A stretch of DNA of 62,563 nt from Pseudomonadota bacterium (GTDB taxonomy: Bacteria; Pseudomonadota; Gammaproteobacteria; Pseudomonadales; UBA5862), in assembly GCA_034189125.1 (NCBI GenBank), contig JAXHVB010000068.1:1-62563 (forward strand), given 5' to 3'. The translations under genes were made by a program, and so were the position numbers. This document shows, piece by piece, positions 1 to 9,213 of the stretch (position 1 is its first letter; each line of letters opens with the position of its first letter). The notes below the pieces were generated by a model. The model was not told where the DNA came from. It searched no databases and worked only from the letters and a program-made list of their open reading frames with translations.

Positions 1-1
1 G

Positions 2-1297
2 GGTCATGTCATTCCGCACTGGATTTCTAGGTTCGAGATCTGGCCGTACCTCGAACGCTTCTCCATGGACGTTGAGCGGGATCTACTCGCCGAGCTCGGA
101 GGGCGACCCGATTTCATCATTGGCAACTATTCGGACGGCAACCTCGTGGCGTCCCTGCTTGCCCAGCGGTTGCACGTCACCCAGTGCAACATCGCGCACG
201 CGCTGGAGAAAACCAAGTACCTGTACTCGGATGTGTTTTGGCAGCAGAACGACGCCCACTACCACTTTTCCAGCCAGTTCACCGCCGACCTGATCGCGAT
301 GAACTACGCGGATTTCATCATCACCAGCACCTACCAGGAAATCGCCGGAACCCCACTGAGTGTCGGTCAGTATGAAAGCTACTCATCCTTCACGATGCCG
401 GGGCTGTACCGCGTCGTGAATGGGGTCGACGTGTTTGACCCGAAGTTCAACATCGTCTCTCCGGGAGCGGACGCAGACATTTATTTCCCCTACACCCAGG
501 CCGAACGCCGCTTGCCGAGCGTCGCGGCGGAGTTGCGTGAACTGGTGTTTGGCCGTGGCGGCAAAGTGGAGGCACGCGGTCACTTGCGTGATCCAGACAA
601 GCCATTGCTGTTTACCATGGCGCGGCTGGACCGCATCAAGAACATCACTGGACTGGTGGAGTGGTATGCAGGGAGCGAGGCGCTGCGCGAACGGGCCAAC
701 CTGCTGGTGATCGCTGGCCATGTGGATGCCGAAAAATCGGGCGACCAGGAGGAGCGCGAGGAGATCCACAAGATGCACCGCCTGTTCGAAGCGCAGGGCT
801 TGGATCAGTCGGTGCGCTGGTTGGGCTTTCGGCTCGACAAGGTGGCCTCGGGTGAGTTGTACCGGGTGGTGGCCGATACCCGCGGTGCCTTTTGCCAGCC
901 AGCATTGTTTGAAGCCTTTGGCCTGACCGTGATCGAGGCCATGTCCTCAGGGCTCCCCACCTTTGCCACTTGCTTTGGAGGCCCAGCGGAGATCATCGAG
1001 CCCGGTCGGTCAGGCTTTCACATCGATCCGAACCAGGGCGCCGCTGCGGCCGCGGCCATGGCGGACTTCTTCGCCCGTTCGGCAGAATCGCCGGACCACT
1101 GGGAGCGGGTCTCGCAGGGTGCGCTGGAGCGGGTCGCGGCGCGCTATACCTGGACCCACTACGCGGAGCGGGTGCTGACGCTCAGCCGCGTGTATGGCTT
1201 CTGGAAGTACGTCACCAACCTGGAGCGCGATGAGACCCGCCGTTACCTCGAGTCGTTGTACTCGCTGCTGCTGCGCCGGCTGAACCGGCTGGATTGA
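2..1297 (+). CDS. sucrose synthase, C-terminal ~430 aa (5' end lies upstream of the window)
   Basis: Frame 2 is open from the window edge. The translation has blocks typical of GT4 sucrose synthases: [72 protein letters not shown] and [21 protein letters not shown]. Confidence 0.85.
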   Translation, partial: GHVIPHWISRFEIWPYLERFSMDVERDLLAELGGRPDFIIGNYSDGNLVASLLAQRLHVTQCNIAHALEKTKYLYSDVFWQQNDAHYHFSSQFTADLIAMNYADFIITSTYQEIAGTPLSVGQYESYSSFTMPGLYRVVNGVDVFDPKFNIVSPGADADIYFPYTQAERRLPSVAAELRELVFGRGGKVEARGHLRDPDKPLLFTMARLDRIKNITGLVEWYAGSEALRERANLLVIAGHVDAEKSGDQEEREEIHKMHRLFEAQGLDQSVRWLGFRLDKVASGELYRVVADTRGAFCQPALFEAFGLTVIEAMSSGLPTFATCFGGPAEIIEPGRSGFHIDPNQGAAAAAAMADFFARSAESPDHWERVSQGALERVAARYTWTHYAERVLTLSRVYGFWKYVTNLERDETRRYLESLYSLLLRRLNRLD

Positions 1298-1372
1298 ACC
1301 CGAACGGTGGAACCCCGAGTGTCGGGAAGGGACTAACCCAGTCTACCCCACTGCACCTCGAACGGAGGGCAC

Positions 1373-1639
1373 ATGACCCACAATAAGCCCATCGACTTCG
1401 ACCAAGCCTGCCTTGACCCGGCGGCGGTGTTTGATTCGCCGCAGGATGTACTGCACCACAGCGCGCTGAGCGAGTCCCAGCGCCGCGAGATTCTCGAGCG
1501 CTGGATGCAGGACGCAGAAGAACTCGCAGTGGCCTCGGGCGAAGGCATGGAGTTGCGCGGCGACACCCACCCGGGCACCGACGAAGCGGCGTTGCTCGAA
1601 GCCGTCTCTGAGGCACTGCGGGCACTGGACAACCGCTGA
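1373..1639 (+). CDS. hypothetical protein (88 aa, acidic)
   Basis: ATG is preceded by GGAGGG 5 nt upstream. Third codon positions are GC-rich as in neighbouring genes. No family recognised. Confidence 0.5.
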   Translation: MTHNKPIDFDQACLDPAAVFDSPQDVLHHSALSESQRREILERWMQDAEELAVASGEGMELRGDTHPGTDEAALLEAVSEALRALDNR

Positions 1640-1667
1640 CGGTTGCCCCGCCAGCCTGCACCGAGGG

Positions 1668-2576
1668 CTAACCTGAGTCGTTCGAGTCTCTTCGGGGCGC
1701 GGGGCGGGGGGCGTTGTCCGTTGCGGGTTGCGGTTCACGCAACTGCTCCAGGCTGTCGCGCAGCGCCGCCAGGTGCTCGGTGAGTGCCGGGCCGCGGCTT
1801 GCAGCCACGCCCGTTGCCAGCACGTCGATCACCACCAGGTGCGCAATCCGGGAGGTGAGGGGCGTGTACATGTCATTGTGCTGGGAGGCATTGATGTGAA
1901 TCGCCACAGTTGCCACTTCAGCCAGCGGTGAGCGCGATGGCGCGATTGCGATCACCGAAGTCCCGGCTTTCAGTGCCAGGCGCACCGAATGCAGCAGGGC
2001 CTGGGTGCGGCCGGTTTGTGAGATGGCAACCACCACATCGCCGGGGTCCAGGGACTGGGCCGACATGTGCTGAATGTGGGGGTCGGAATAGGCGGTGCTT
2101 GCCACCCGCAGGCGGAAGAATTTGTCCTGGGCGTCGGCTGCCACTGCGCCTGAGGCGCCGAACCCATAAAACTCGATCCGCCGGGCCGCGGCCAACAACA
2201 GGATGGCTTGCTCCAGCGCGGAAGGATCGATTTCATCGCGCAGGGTGATCAGTGCACCGATGGTGGCATCGAAGACTTTTTGGCTGAGCCGGGCTGTGGT
2301 GTCATCAGCGGCGGCTTCGAAACGCCCGAAGCGGGCGTCGGTGGCGATGTGGCGGGCCAGGCGCAGTTTGAAATCCTGGAACCCGCTGCAGCCGATCGCG
2401 CGGCAGAAGCGGATCACCGTGGGTTCGCTGACGTGGGCCTCCTGCGCCAGGTCCACGATGCGCATGTGCACAATGTCCTTGGGGTTGGCGAGCACATAGG
2501 CAGCCACTTTCTGCTCCGATTTGCGCAGCCGGTTCTGCACGTCCTGAATGGCGCTCAGCAGGTTTTGGAGTTGCAT
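1668..2576 (-). CDS. hexR: RpiR/HexR-family transcriptional regulator (HTH + SIS domain)
   Basis: Internal ATG of the 501-aa ORF gives MQLQNLLSAIQDVQNRLRKSEQKVAAYVLANP...VSEPTVIRFCRAIGCSGFQDFKL followed by a SIS domain (FYGFGASGAVAADAQDKF). The upstream part of the ORF track entry overlaps uvrD in antisense and has no homology signal. Confidence 0.8.
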   Translation of the reverse strand: MQLQNLLSAIQDVQNRLRKSEQKVAAYVLANPKDIVHMRIVDLAQEAHVSEPTVIRFCRAIGCSGFQDFKLRLARHIATDARFGRFEAAADDTTARLSQKVFDATIGALITLRDEIDPSALEQAILLLAAARRIEFYGFGASGAVAADAQDKFFRLRVASTAYSDPHIQHMSAQSLDPGDVVVAISQTGRTQALLHSVRLALKAGTSVIAIAPSRSPLAEVATVAIHINASQHNDMYTPLTSRIAHLVVIDVLATGVAASRGPALTEHLAALRDSLEQLREPQPATDNAPRPAPRRDSNDSG

Positions 2577-2649
2577 GGACAGCGGTTGGTGGCGGCCGGC
2601 GGGACCCTTTGCCGGCATCATAGCACCTGCCGTGCGGCCCCACGGCGGC

Positions 2650-2658
2650 TGGTATAAT
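2650..2658 (+). promoter_or_regulatory. candidate extended -10 promoter element (TGgTATAAT) for uvrD
   Basis: Perfect TATAAT at 2653-2658 with TG at 2650-2651. The last T is 7 nt from the A of the uvrD ATG (2665). No Shine-Dalgarno sequence lies in between. Confidence 0.4.
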
Positions 2659-2664
2659 CGCGCG

Positions 2665-4839
2665 ATGGATGTGTCGCGGATACTGAGTGGCCTCAACGAG
2701 GCCCAGCGCGAAGCGGTGGCCGCGCCGCTTGGCAACCAGTTGGTGTTGGCCGGGGCCGGCAGCGGCAAGACCCGGGTGTTGGTGCATCGAATCGCTTGGT
2801 TGATCCACACTGAGCAGCTTTCCCCGCAGAGTATTCTCGCGGTCACCTTCACCAACAAAGCGGCCCGAGAGATGCGGGAGCGCATCGAGTCCCTGCTGGG
2901 CATCTCCACCCGCCACCTCTGGGTGGGCACCTTCCATGGCATTGCACACCGCTTGCTCCGCACGCACTGGCATGCTGCCGGGTTGCCGCAGGCCTTCAAT
3001 GTTCTGGATGCCGACGACCAGTTGCGCCTGGTCAAGCGCGTCCACTCCGAACTGAATCTGGATGAAGAGCGTTGGCCCGCAAAGCAGACCCGCTGGTTCA
3101 TCAACGCACAGAAGGACGAGGGCCGGCGGCCAGAGCACATTGAAGCGGCCGGCGACCTCTTCCTAACCACCATGGTCGAGGTGTACCGGGCCTACGAAGC
3201 GGCCTGCGCACGCACTGGGCTGGTCGACTTCGCCGAGCTTCTGTTGCGCTCGCATGAGCTGTGGCTGCGCCATCCCGACCTGCTGCATCACTACCAAGGG
3301 CGGTTCCGACACCTGTTGGTCGATGAGTTCCAGGATACCAACGCCGTACAGTACGCTTGGCTTCGGGTATTGGCCGGTGAGGTGCTCAGCGTGACCGCCG
3401 TGGGCGACGACGACCAGTCGATTTACGGTTGGCGCGGCGCTCGCATTGAGAACATCCACCGCTACTGTGATGACTTCGCACAGGTGCAGACGGTCAGATT
3501 GGAGCAAAACTACCGCTCCACCGGCACGATTTTGGGCGCGGCCAACGCATTGATTGCCCGCAACGCCGACCGGCTTGGCAAGGAGTTGTGGACGGCCGGG
3601 GAGGAGGGCACGCCAATTTCCCTGTTTGCCGGCTTCAATGAACAGGACGAAGCCGGCTACGTGATCGAGCGGATCGAACACCACTTGAACCAGGGCTTTC
3701 AGCGCAGCGACATCGGTGTGCTCTACCGCTCCAATGCCCAATCCAGGGTGTTGGAGGAGGCACTTTTGCGTGCGGCGATTCCCTATCGAATCTACGGTGG
3801 CCAACGGTTCTACGAGCGGCTTGAGATTCGCAATGCCCTGGCCTACCTGCGCCTACTGGTGCACCGGCAGGACGACGCTGCGCTTGAGCGTGTCATCAAT
3901 ACACCGAGCCGGGGGGTGGGTGCCAAGACACTCGAATCCCTGCGTGAACGGGCCCGAGCCGATGGGGTGCCGCTGTGGGATGCCATGCACACCTGCGTCA
4001 CATCAGGCGGGCTGCCGGCACGCGCGCGGAGCAGCCTGGCGGCGTTTATCGAGTTGATCGATGACCTGCAAGTGTCTGTTCAAGGGCTGCCCCTCGGCAC
4101 CCTCGTGGATGTGGTATTGGAGCGCAGCGGCCTTTTGGCCCACCACGGTGCTGAAAAGGGTGAGAAGGGACAAGCTCGCATCGACAACCTGCGTGAACTG
4201 GTCAGTGCCAGCCGTCAGTTCGACACGCTCTTGTGGGCGGACGAAGAAATGCGTGCCGAGGTGGAAGGCTCCTCGCCGTTGGCGATGTTTCTGGACGTAG
4301 CAGCCCTCGAAGCCGGTGATGCACAGGCCCATGAAGACGAGGATTCGGTGCAACTGATGACCTTGCATTCAGCGAAAGGGTTGGAGTTTCCTGTGGTGTT
4401 CCTTACCGGGGTCGAGGAAGGCCTGTTTCCCCATAAAATGTCGCTGGAGGAGCCAGGGCGCCTGGAGGAAGAGCGCCGCCTGTGCTACGTGGGCGTGACC
4501 CGCGCGATGCAACACCTGTACCTGACCTACGCCGAGATGCGCCGCCTGCACGGCAGCGACCATTTTCATAAGATCTCCCGCTTCGTGCGTGAGATCCCGC
4601 CTGAGTTCATTCAGGAGGTGCGCATGAACCATGCAGTAGAGCGCCCGTTCACCGGAGCCGATTCCCTGGGGGGCGACGCGGTGTACCAGCTGGGACAGCG
4701 GGTGCGTCATGGCACCTTCGGTGAAGGGGTCATCCTCAACGCCGAGGGTGCCGGTAGGCAGGCCCGTGTTGAAGTGCAGTTCGACGCGGAAGGCAGCAAG
4801 TGGCTGGTGCTCGCCTACGCCAAGTTGCAGCCGATCTAG
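2665..4839 (+). CDS. uvrD: ATP-dependent DNA helicase II (UvrD)
   Basis: MDVSRILSGLNEAQREAVAAPLGNQLVLAGAGSGKT is near-identical to the E. coli UvrD N-terminus. Full-length SF1 helicase motifs are present (LVDEFQDTN, VGDDDQSIYGWRGA, YRSN, LMTLHSAKGLEFP, VGVTRA). 724 aa. Confidence 0.95.
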   Translation: MDVSRILSGLNEAQREAVAAPLGNQLVLAGAGSGKTRVLVHRIAWLIHTEQLSPQSILAVTFTNKAAREMRERIESLLGISTRHLWVGTFHGIAHRLLRTHWHAAGLPQAFNVLDADDQLRLVKRVHSELNLDEERWPAKQTRWFINAQKDEGRRPEHIEAAGDLFLTTMVEVYRAYEAACARTGLVDFAELLLRSHELWLRHPDLLHHYQGRFRHLLVDEFQDTNAVQYAWLRVLAGEVLSVTAVGDDDQSIYGWRGARIENIHRYCDDFAQVQTVRLEQNYRSTGTILGAANALIARNADRLGKELWTAGEEGTPISLFAGFNEQDEAGYVIERIEHHLNQGFQRSDIGVLYRSNAQSRVLEEALLRAAIPYRIYGGQRFYERLEIRNALAYLRLLVHRQDDAALERVINTPSRGVGAKTLESLRERARADGVPLWDAMHTCVTSGGLPARARSSLAAFIELIDDLQVSVQGLPLGTLVDVVLERSGLLAHHGAEKGEKGQARIDNLRELVSASRQFDTLLWADEEMRAEVEGSSPLAMFLDVAALEAGDAQAHEDEDSVQLMTLHSAKGLEFPVVFLTGVEEGLFPHKMSLEEPGRLEEERRLCYVGVTRAMQHLYLTYAEMRRLHGSDHFHKISRFVREIPPEFIQEVRMNHAVERPFTGADSLGGDAVYQLGQRVRHGTFGEGVILNAEGAGRQARVEVQFDAEGSKWLVLAYAKLQPI

Positions 4840-4898
4840 CGGCGTGGCGCTGTGCCCGCCTTTCCACCCGTACGCAATAACAAGAAAAGGTCTTTTCT

Positions 4899-6011
4899 AT
4901 GTCCATCCCGTATCGCAGATTCCGGTCTCTGCTTCTGGCGCTGGCCGCTGCACTGTTGGTCGCTTGCGGCGAAACCGAGACCGGAGAGTCCACCGAGCCC
5001 TTGGCCAGTGCGAAGACCTACCGGTGGAAGCTGGTCACCTCCTGGCCGAAGAACTTTCCGGGCCTTGGAACCGCACCTGAGCGCTTTGCCGAGCAAGTCG
5101 ATGCGATGAGCGGTGGGCGCCTCAAGATCAAGGTGTACGGGGCGGGCGAGCTGGTGCCGGCCCTTGAAGTTTTCGATGCGGTCTCGCGCGGTACGGCAGA
5201 AATGGGCCACAGCGGCGCCTACTACTGGAAGGGAAAGGTACCCGCCGCTCAGTTTTTTTCGGCGGTGCCCTTTGGTCTCAACGCGCAGGAGATGAATGGC
5301 TGGATTCACGAGGGGGGCGGGCTCGACCTCTGGCGTGAGCTGTACGCTCCATTTGGGGTCATTCCATTCGCGGGCGGCAACAGCGGCGTACAGATGGCCG
5401 GCTGGTTCAACCGCGAAATTCTCGCTGTCGAAGACCTGAAAGGGCTGAAAATGCGCATTCCAGGGCTTGGTGGCGAAGTGATGGAGCGCCTGGGGGTCAT
5501 TTCTGTGACCCTGGCCGGCGGTGAGATTTTTACTGCACTGCAGACCGGGGCCATCGACGCCACCGAGTGGGTGGGCCCATACAACGACTTGGCCTTTGGC
5601 CTCAACCGAGTCGGCAAATACTACTATTATCCGGGGTGGCACGAGCCGGGCACAACCCTCGAGCTGCTGGCCAACCAGGCGGCGTTCGAGTCGCTGCCGA
5701 GCGATCTGCAAGCGATCGTCGAGAACGCCGCCCGCGCCGTCAACCAGTCGATGCTGGACGAATACACCGCGCGCAACAACGCCGCCTTGCAGGAACTGGT
5801 GCAGGTCCATGGGGTACAACTGCGCCAGTTTCCAGAAGCGGTCCTTGCCCGCATCCGTGCGGTCTCTGCGCAGGTGGTCGAGGAGCTCGGCGCCAGCAGC
5901 CCAGAGGCGCAGCGGGTATACGACAGCTACCAGGCATTTCGTGAACAGGCAACTGCCTACCACGCGATTTCCGAGCAAGCCTATATCAACGCCCGACACC
6001 CTGTGGATTGA
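4899..6011 (+). CDS. TRAP transporter substrate-binding protein (DctP family, COG4663-like), probable lipoprotein
   Basis: Signal peptide plus lipobox LLVAC. WKLVTSWPKNFPGLGTAPERFAEQV...GRLKIKVYGAGELVPALEVFDAVSRGTAEMGH is typical of this TRAP SBP family. Confidence 0.9.
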   Translation: MSIPYRRFRSLLLALAAALLVACGETETGESTEPLASAKTYRWKLVTSWPKNFPGLGTAPERFAEQVDAMSGGRLKIKVYGAGELVPALEVFDAVSRGTAEMGHSGAYYWKGKVPAAQFFSAVPFGLNAQEMNGWIHEGGGLDLWRELYAPFGVIPFAGGNSGVQMAGWFNREILAVEDLKGLKMRIPGLGGEVMERLGVISVTLAGGEIFTALQTGAIDATEWVGPYNDLAFGLNRVGKYYYYPGWHEPGTTLELLANQAAFESLPSDLQAIVENAARAVNQSMLDEYTARNNAALQELVQVHGVQLRQFPEAVLARIRAVSAQVVEELGASSPEAQRVYDSYQAFREQATAYHAISEQAYINARHPVD

Positions 6012-6135
6012 ACGGAACCGCCGGGTGGTTGTCTGATCCCTCGCGATTGCGCAAACTGGACCCTGGACCCAAACGGGTCCAGACCTGGGCAGGGGCCGCA
6101 CCGCGGCTCCGCATGGATTCTTAGGAGAATTAGGT

Positions 6136-6612
6136 ATGAAAAAGGCTCTGATTGGCGCAGCGATGCTGAGTGTTTCTTCTGCGAGCTTCGCGGTGGCGCC
6201 GGGCGGTCCTGGTTGTGGTTGGGGCAACATGCTGTTCGAAGGAAAGTCCGGTATGGGGTATCACCTTCTTGCCACGATTGTGAACGGTACCTCTGGCAAC
6301 GCCACCTTCGGCATGACGAGCGGGACCAATGGCTGTGACGTCGATGGAGAGCTCACCTACGCTGGAGAAAACATGATCGGCGCAGTCATGGACGAGTTCT
6401 CCGAAGACGTCGCCCGTGGCGAAGGCGAGGCGCTCGATGCCGTTGCCGTCACCCTGAATGTTGCCCCGCAGGACCGCCCACACTTCGCCGCGGTGATGCA
6501 CCAACACTTCGCTCAGCTGTTTCCCAGTGCTGAAGTGACAGCCGCTGAAGTGACCACTCAGGTTCTGGCCATCATGCAAGCCGATGCACGCTTGGCACAG
6601 TATGTGAGCTGA
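6136..6612 (+). CDS. DUF3015-family secreted protein
   Basis: Signal peptide MKKALIGAAMLSVSSASFA, then the APGGPGCGWGNMLFEG block characteristic of DUF3015. RBS is AGGAGAA. Confidence 0.8.
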   Translation: MKKALIGAAMLSVSSASFAVAPGGPGCGWGNMLFEGKSGMGYHLLATIVNGTSGNATFGMTSGTNGCDVDGELTYAGENMIGAVMDEFSEDVARGEGEALDAVAVTLNVAPQDRPHFAAVMHQHFAQLFPSAEVTAAEVTTQVLAIMQADARLAQYVS

Positions 6613-6632
6613 CCGCGTCGCGGTTTGAGGTT

Positions 6633-6662
6633 AAAGGCCCCGCCACGCGCGGGGCCTTTTTT
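6633..6662 (+). terminator. Rho-independent terminator after the DUF3015 gene
   Basis: 8-bp GC stem GGCCCCGC (6636-6643) / GCGGGGCC (6649-6656), 5-nt loop, then TTTTTT (6657-6662). A flanking AAA can extend the stem. Confidence 0.7.
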
Positions 6663-8573
6663 ATGGAGTTTCGAGACTTGTTCCCACGCTGGATCCCATG
6701 GTTGGTGGTTGTTTGGTGGTTCGCATGGTCCCCAGTTGCAGCAGAACCGGTCGAATCAGAAGAAGCGCCATGGGCGCTTGAGACGCTGCTGCAGCAGGCG
6801 GACGAGCAGCGGCTTTGGGAGGCGCGTCACTGGCTGAGTTTGCTGCACTACGAGCAGTTGCCGGGTGACCTCCTGTCCGCCAGCCAGGTTGATGACCCGA
6901 GGTTCTTTCTCTCGATGGACGGGCGCACCAATCCCCGCGCCGAGTTGATCGCAACATTGGAAGCGCTGTTCGACCCGACAGGGTCAGACGCCGATCGCCA
7001 TGCACAGTGCAGATTTCCCGCGCGCTTCTCGTGGCTTGAGGCCAGGCTGGGCTGGCCGGACATGAAGCGACCCCGGGTTCGCTGTGCCGCCTATCTGCAG
7101 TGGCGTGAACAGGTCCAGGCGGCGCGGATGACCCTGGTGTTTCCCGCGGCTTATCTGAACAGTCCGTCCTCCATGTTTGGGCATACGCTGCTGCGGCTCG
7201 ACCCTGACGAGGACGGTGAGGGTTCCCGCTGGCTTTCATCTGCGGTGAACTATGGTGCCCAAGTCTCGCCTGACGACAATTCGCTGCTGTACATGTACAA
7301 GGGCTTGACCGGCGGCTATCCGGGTCAGTTCGTGGTGATGCCGTACTTTAAGAAAATTCAAGAGTACAACCGCATCGAAAACCGTGACATCTGGGAGTAC
7401 CAACTCGGGTTTTCAGTAACCGAAACCGATCGCCTGGTTGCCCACCTGTGGGAGCTGCAAGCGGTTAACTTCGACTACTATTTTTTCCGAGAAAACTGCT
7501 CGTTTAGGTTGCTGGAGCTGCTGGAAGTGGCGCGGCCAGGTCTTGAGCTGACTCAACGATTTGATTGGATTGCGATTCCAGTCGACACCGTGCGCGTCGT
7601 AGAAGAAGCCGGTCTGGTGGACGCCGTGCATTACCGACCGTCGGAAATGAGTCGGGTGCAGGCGCTGCTTGATGGCATGAGCCCGCAGGAACTGGACGCA
7701 GTGGAGCGCTTGCACAGGGAACCGAAGGTAGGCTCCGGCTTTTCCGATCTGCCCCTGGCCAGCCGGCGCGATGTCGCCGAGGCGGCCTATACGCTCAGCC
7801 GCATCGCGCAATCGGGCCAACCGCGCGACCCGCAGGCCGCTGCTCACAGCCATGCACTGCTGGCGCTCAGGCACCAGAATGCTGGCGGCATCGATCCCCC
7901 GCTGACCACGCCGACGCGCCCCGAGCATGGCCACGATTCTGCCCGCGTGCTGTTGGAGTCTGGAACGCTTGGTGATGACCCGTTCCTCGGCATTGCAGTG
8001 CGGCCGGCCTACCACAGCCACGAGGACCCCCAGCCGGGCTTCCCGCCCGGCGCACAGATCAACATGGGCAATCTGTGGATCCGAGCCATCGAGGGAGAAG
8101 GCGCTGAACTCTGGCGGTTGGATTTGGTCGACATTTTCTCACTCACCCCGAGAACCCGGTTCGTTAAAAGCTGGTCCTGGCAGGTGCGCACCGGAGTCGA
8201 GCGGGCATGGATCCATACTGAGGACCGGTTGGTTGGCCACCTTTCCGGCGGGGGCGGCTGGACCTGGCACCTAGGCCCTGGGGCGCGGTGGTATGGTCTG
8301 GGTACCTTAAGGCTCGAAGGGCACCGCGAACATGACTCCAACCTGACATTGCAGCCGGGCGCCCAAGTGGGCGCGCAGTTTGTGGCGGGTGGCATCAGTG
8401 TCTTCGCCGATTCAAGCCTGTGGTGGGTTCCGGGGGAACGGCGGCGCATCCAGGCCCAAGCGCAGCTGCAGTACGCGTTGGGTCGCAACCACTCGATCGG
8501 TGCTGGTGTGCAGCGGCAGTGGGAGCAAGAGGCTCGAACCAGCATCAACTTCAATTACCGGTTGTATTTCTAA
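6663..8573 (+). CDS. DUF4105 (Lnb N-terminal periplasmic domain) protein with probable C-terminal outer-membrane barrel
   Basis: N-terminal hydrophobic signal. Conserved blocks WLSLLHYE, RFFL, HAQCRFPARFSWL and LVFPAAYLNSPSSMFGHTLLRLDP. The C-terminus NFNYRLYF ends in an aromatic residue, as in OMPs. The start (ATG 6663 or TTG 6678) abuts the terminator T-tract. Confidence 0.8.
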   Translation: MEFRDLFPRWIPWLVVVWWFAWSPVAAEPVESEEAPWALETLLQQADEQRLWEARHWLSLLHYEQLPGDLLSASQVDDPRFFLSMDGRTNPRAELIATLEALFDPTGSDADRHAQCRFPARFSWLEARLGWPDMKRPRVRCAAYLQWREQVQAARMTLVFPAAYLNSPSSMFGHTLLRLDPDEDGEGSRWLSSAVNYGAQVSPDDNSLLYMYKGLTGGYPGQFVVMPYFKKIQEYNRIENRDIWEYQLGFSVTETDRLVAHLWELQAVNFDYYFFRENCSFRLLELLEVARPGLELTQRFDWIAIPVDTVRVVEEAGLVDAVHYRPSEMSRVQALLDGMSPQELDAVERLHREPKVGSGFSDLPLASRRDVAEAAYTLSRIAQSGQPRDPQAAAHSHALLALRHQNAGGIDPPLTTPTRPEHGHDSARVLLESGTLGDDPFLGIAVRPAYHSHEDPQPGFPPGAQINMGNLWIRAIEGEGAELWRLDLVDIFSLTPRTRFVKSWSWQVRTGVERAWIHTEDRLVGHLSGGGGWTWHLGPGARWYGLGTLRLEGHREHDSNLTLQPGAQVGAQFVAGGISVFADSSLWWVPGERRRIQAQAQLQYALGRNHSIGAGVQRQWEQEARTSINFNYRLYF

Positions 8574-8679
8574 AGTCACCGTAACGTTCCGGCCAGAAAA
8601 CCATCCAAACCCGAGTGGGCCATCCGTTGCCTTTGGGAAGGCAGGTGCCCAAGGCCCGGAAATGGGAGGAGAAGGTTCC

Positions 8680-9213
8680 ATGCAGCGACGCAGGTTTCTG
8701 GCAGTGACAGCGGGCGCGCTCGGCTTGGCCGTTGGTCCATCAGCTTGGCTTTGGGCAAAGCCGCCGACGCATCGCCACCCCACGGAGTTTGGATTGCTGC
8801 AGCTCGACGAGGCGCAGTGGCGCGAGCTTCTCGCGCCTGAGCGGTACGCAGTGTTGCGAGAGGAGGCCACCGAGCCTGCCGGAAGCAGCCCCTTGAACCG
8901 GGAAGAGCGGGCCGGCACATTCATTTGCGCTGGGTGCAATCTCAGCCTATTTGCCGCTTCCGCCAAGTATGACAGTGGCACCGGTTGGCCCAGCTTTTGG
9001 CAGCCGATTTCGGCAAAGCACGTTGGGACCAAACGGGATTTCAAATTGTTCTGGCCGCGCACTGAATACCACTGTGCACGCTGCGGTGGACACCAGGGAC
9101 ATGTCTTTGATGATGGCCCGCCGCCGACCGGCAAACGGTACTGCAACAATGGGTTGGCGCTGGCGTTTGTGCCAGCGGACCAACCCTTGCCGCCACTGAG
9201 GGAAGCGCCATGA
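8680..9213 (+). CDS. msrB: peptide-methionine (R)-S-oxide reductase MsrB with twin-arginine signal peptide
   Basis: MQRRRFLAVTAGALGLAV matches the RRxFL Tat motif. Two CxxC zinc motifs (CAGC, CARC), GTGWPSF, and catalytic RYCNNG. RBS is GGGAGGAGAAGG. Confidence 0.9.
   Translation: MQRRRFLAVTAGALGLAVGPSAWLWAKPPTHRHPTEFGLLQLDEAQWRELLAPERYAVLREEATEPAGSSPLNREERAGTFICAGCNLSLFAASAKYDSGTGWPSFWQPISAKHVGTKRDFKLFWPRTEYHCARCGGHQGHVFDDGPPPTGKRYCNNGLALAFVPADQPLPPLREAP

Noticed and set aside
1671-1690. GTTCGAGTC, a T-loop-like string suggesting a tRNA
   Set aside because: No acceptor, D or anticodon arms can be built around it, and it lies in the hexR 3' coding end. No other tRNA-like cloverleaf was seen in the intergenic gaps.
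2544-2558. Palindromic CTGAATGGCGCTCAG upstream of uvrD as a possible LexA (SOS) box
   Set aside because: It is 15 nt rather than the 16-nt CTGT-N8-ACAG box, lacks the T/A at the critical positions, and lies inside the hexR coding sequence.
1668-3173. Full 501-aa version of the hexR ORF (similarly 27019-29025 for DUF482, 39302-40315 for yicC, 48020-49384 for coaBC, 15771-16832 for the SDR, 43387-44130 for slmA)
   Set aside because: The N-terminal extensions overlap neighbouring genes and carry no homology. Internal starts with an RBS or a 4-nt coupling overlap reproduce the canonical family N-termini.
4836-6230. 464-aa minus-strand ORF over the TRAP binding-protein gene
   Set aside because: It is antisense to a confidently recognised DctP-family CDS, and its composition is typical of out-of-frame GC-rich sequence.
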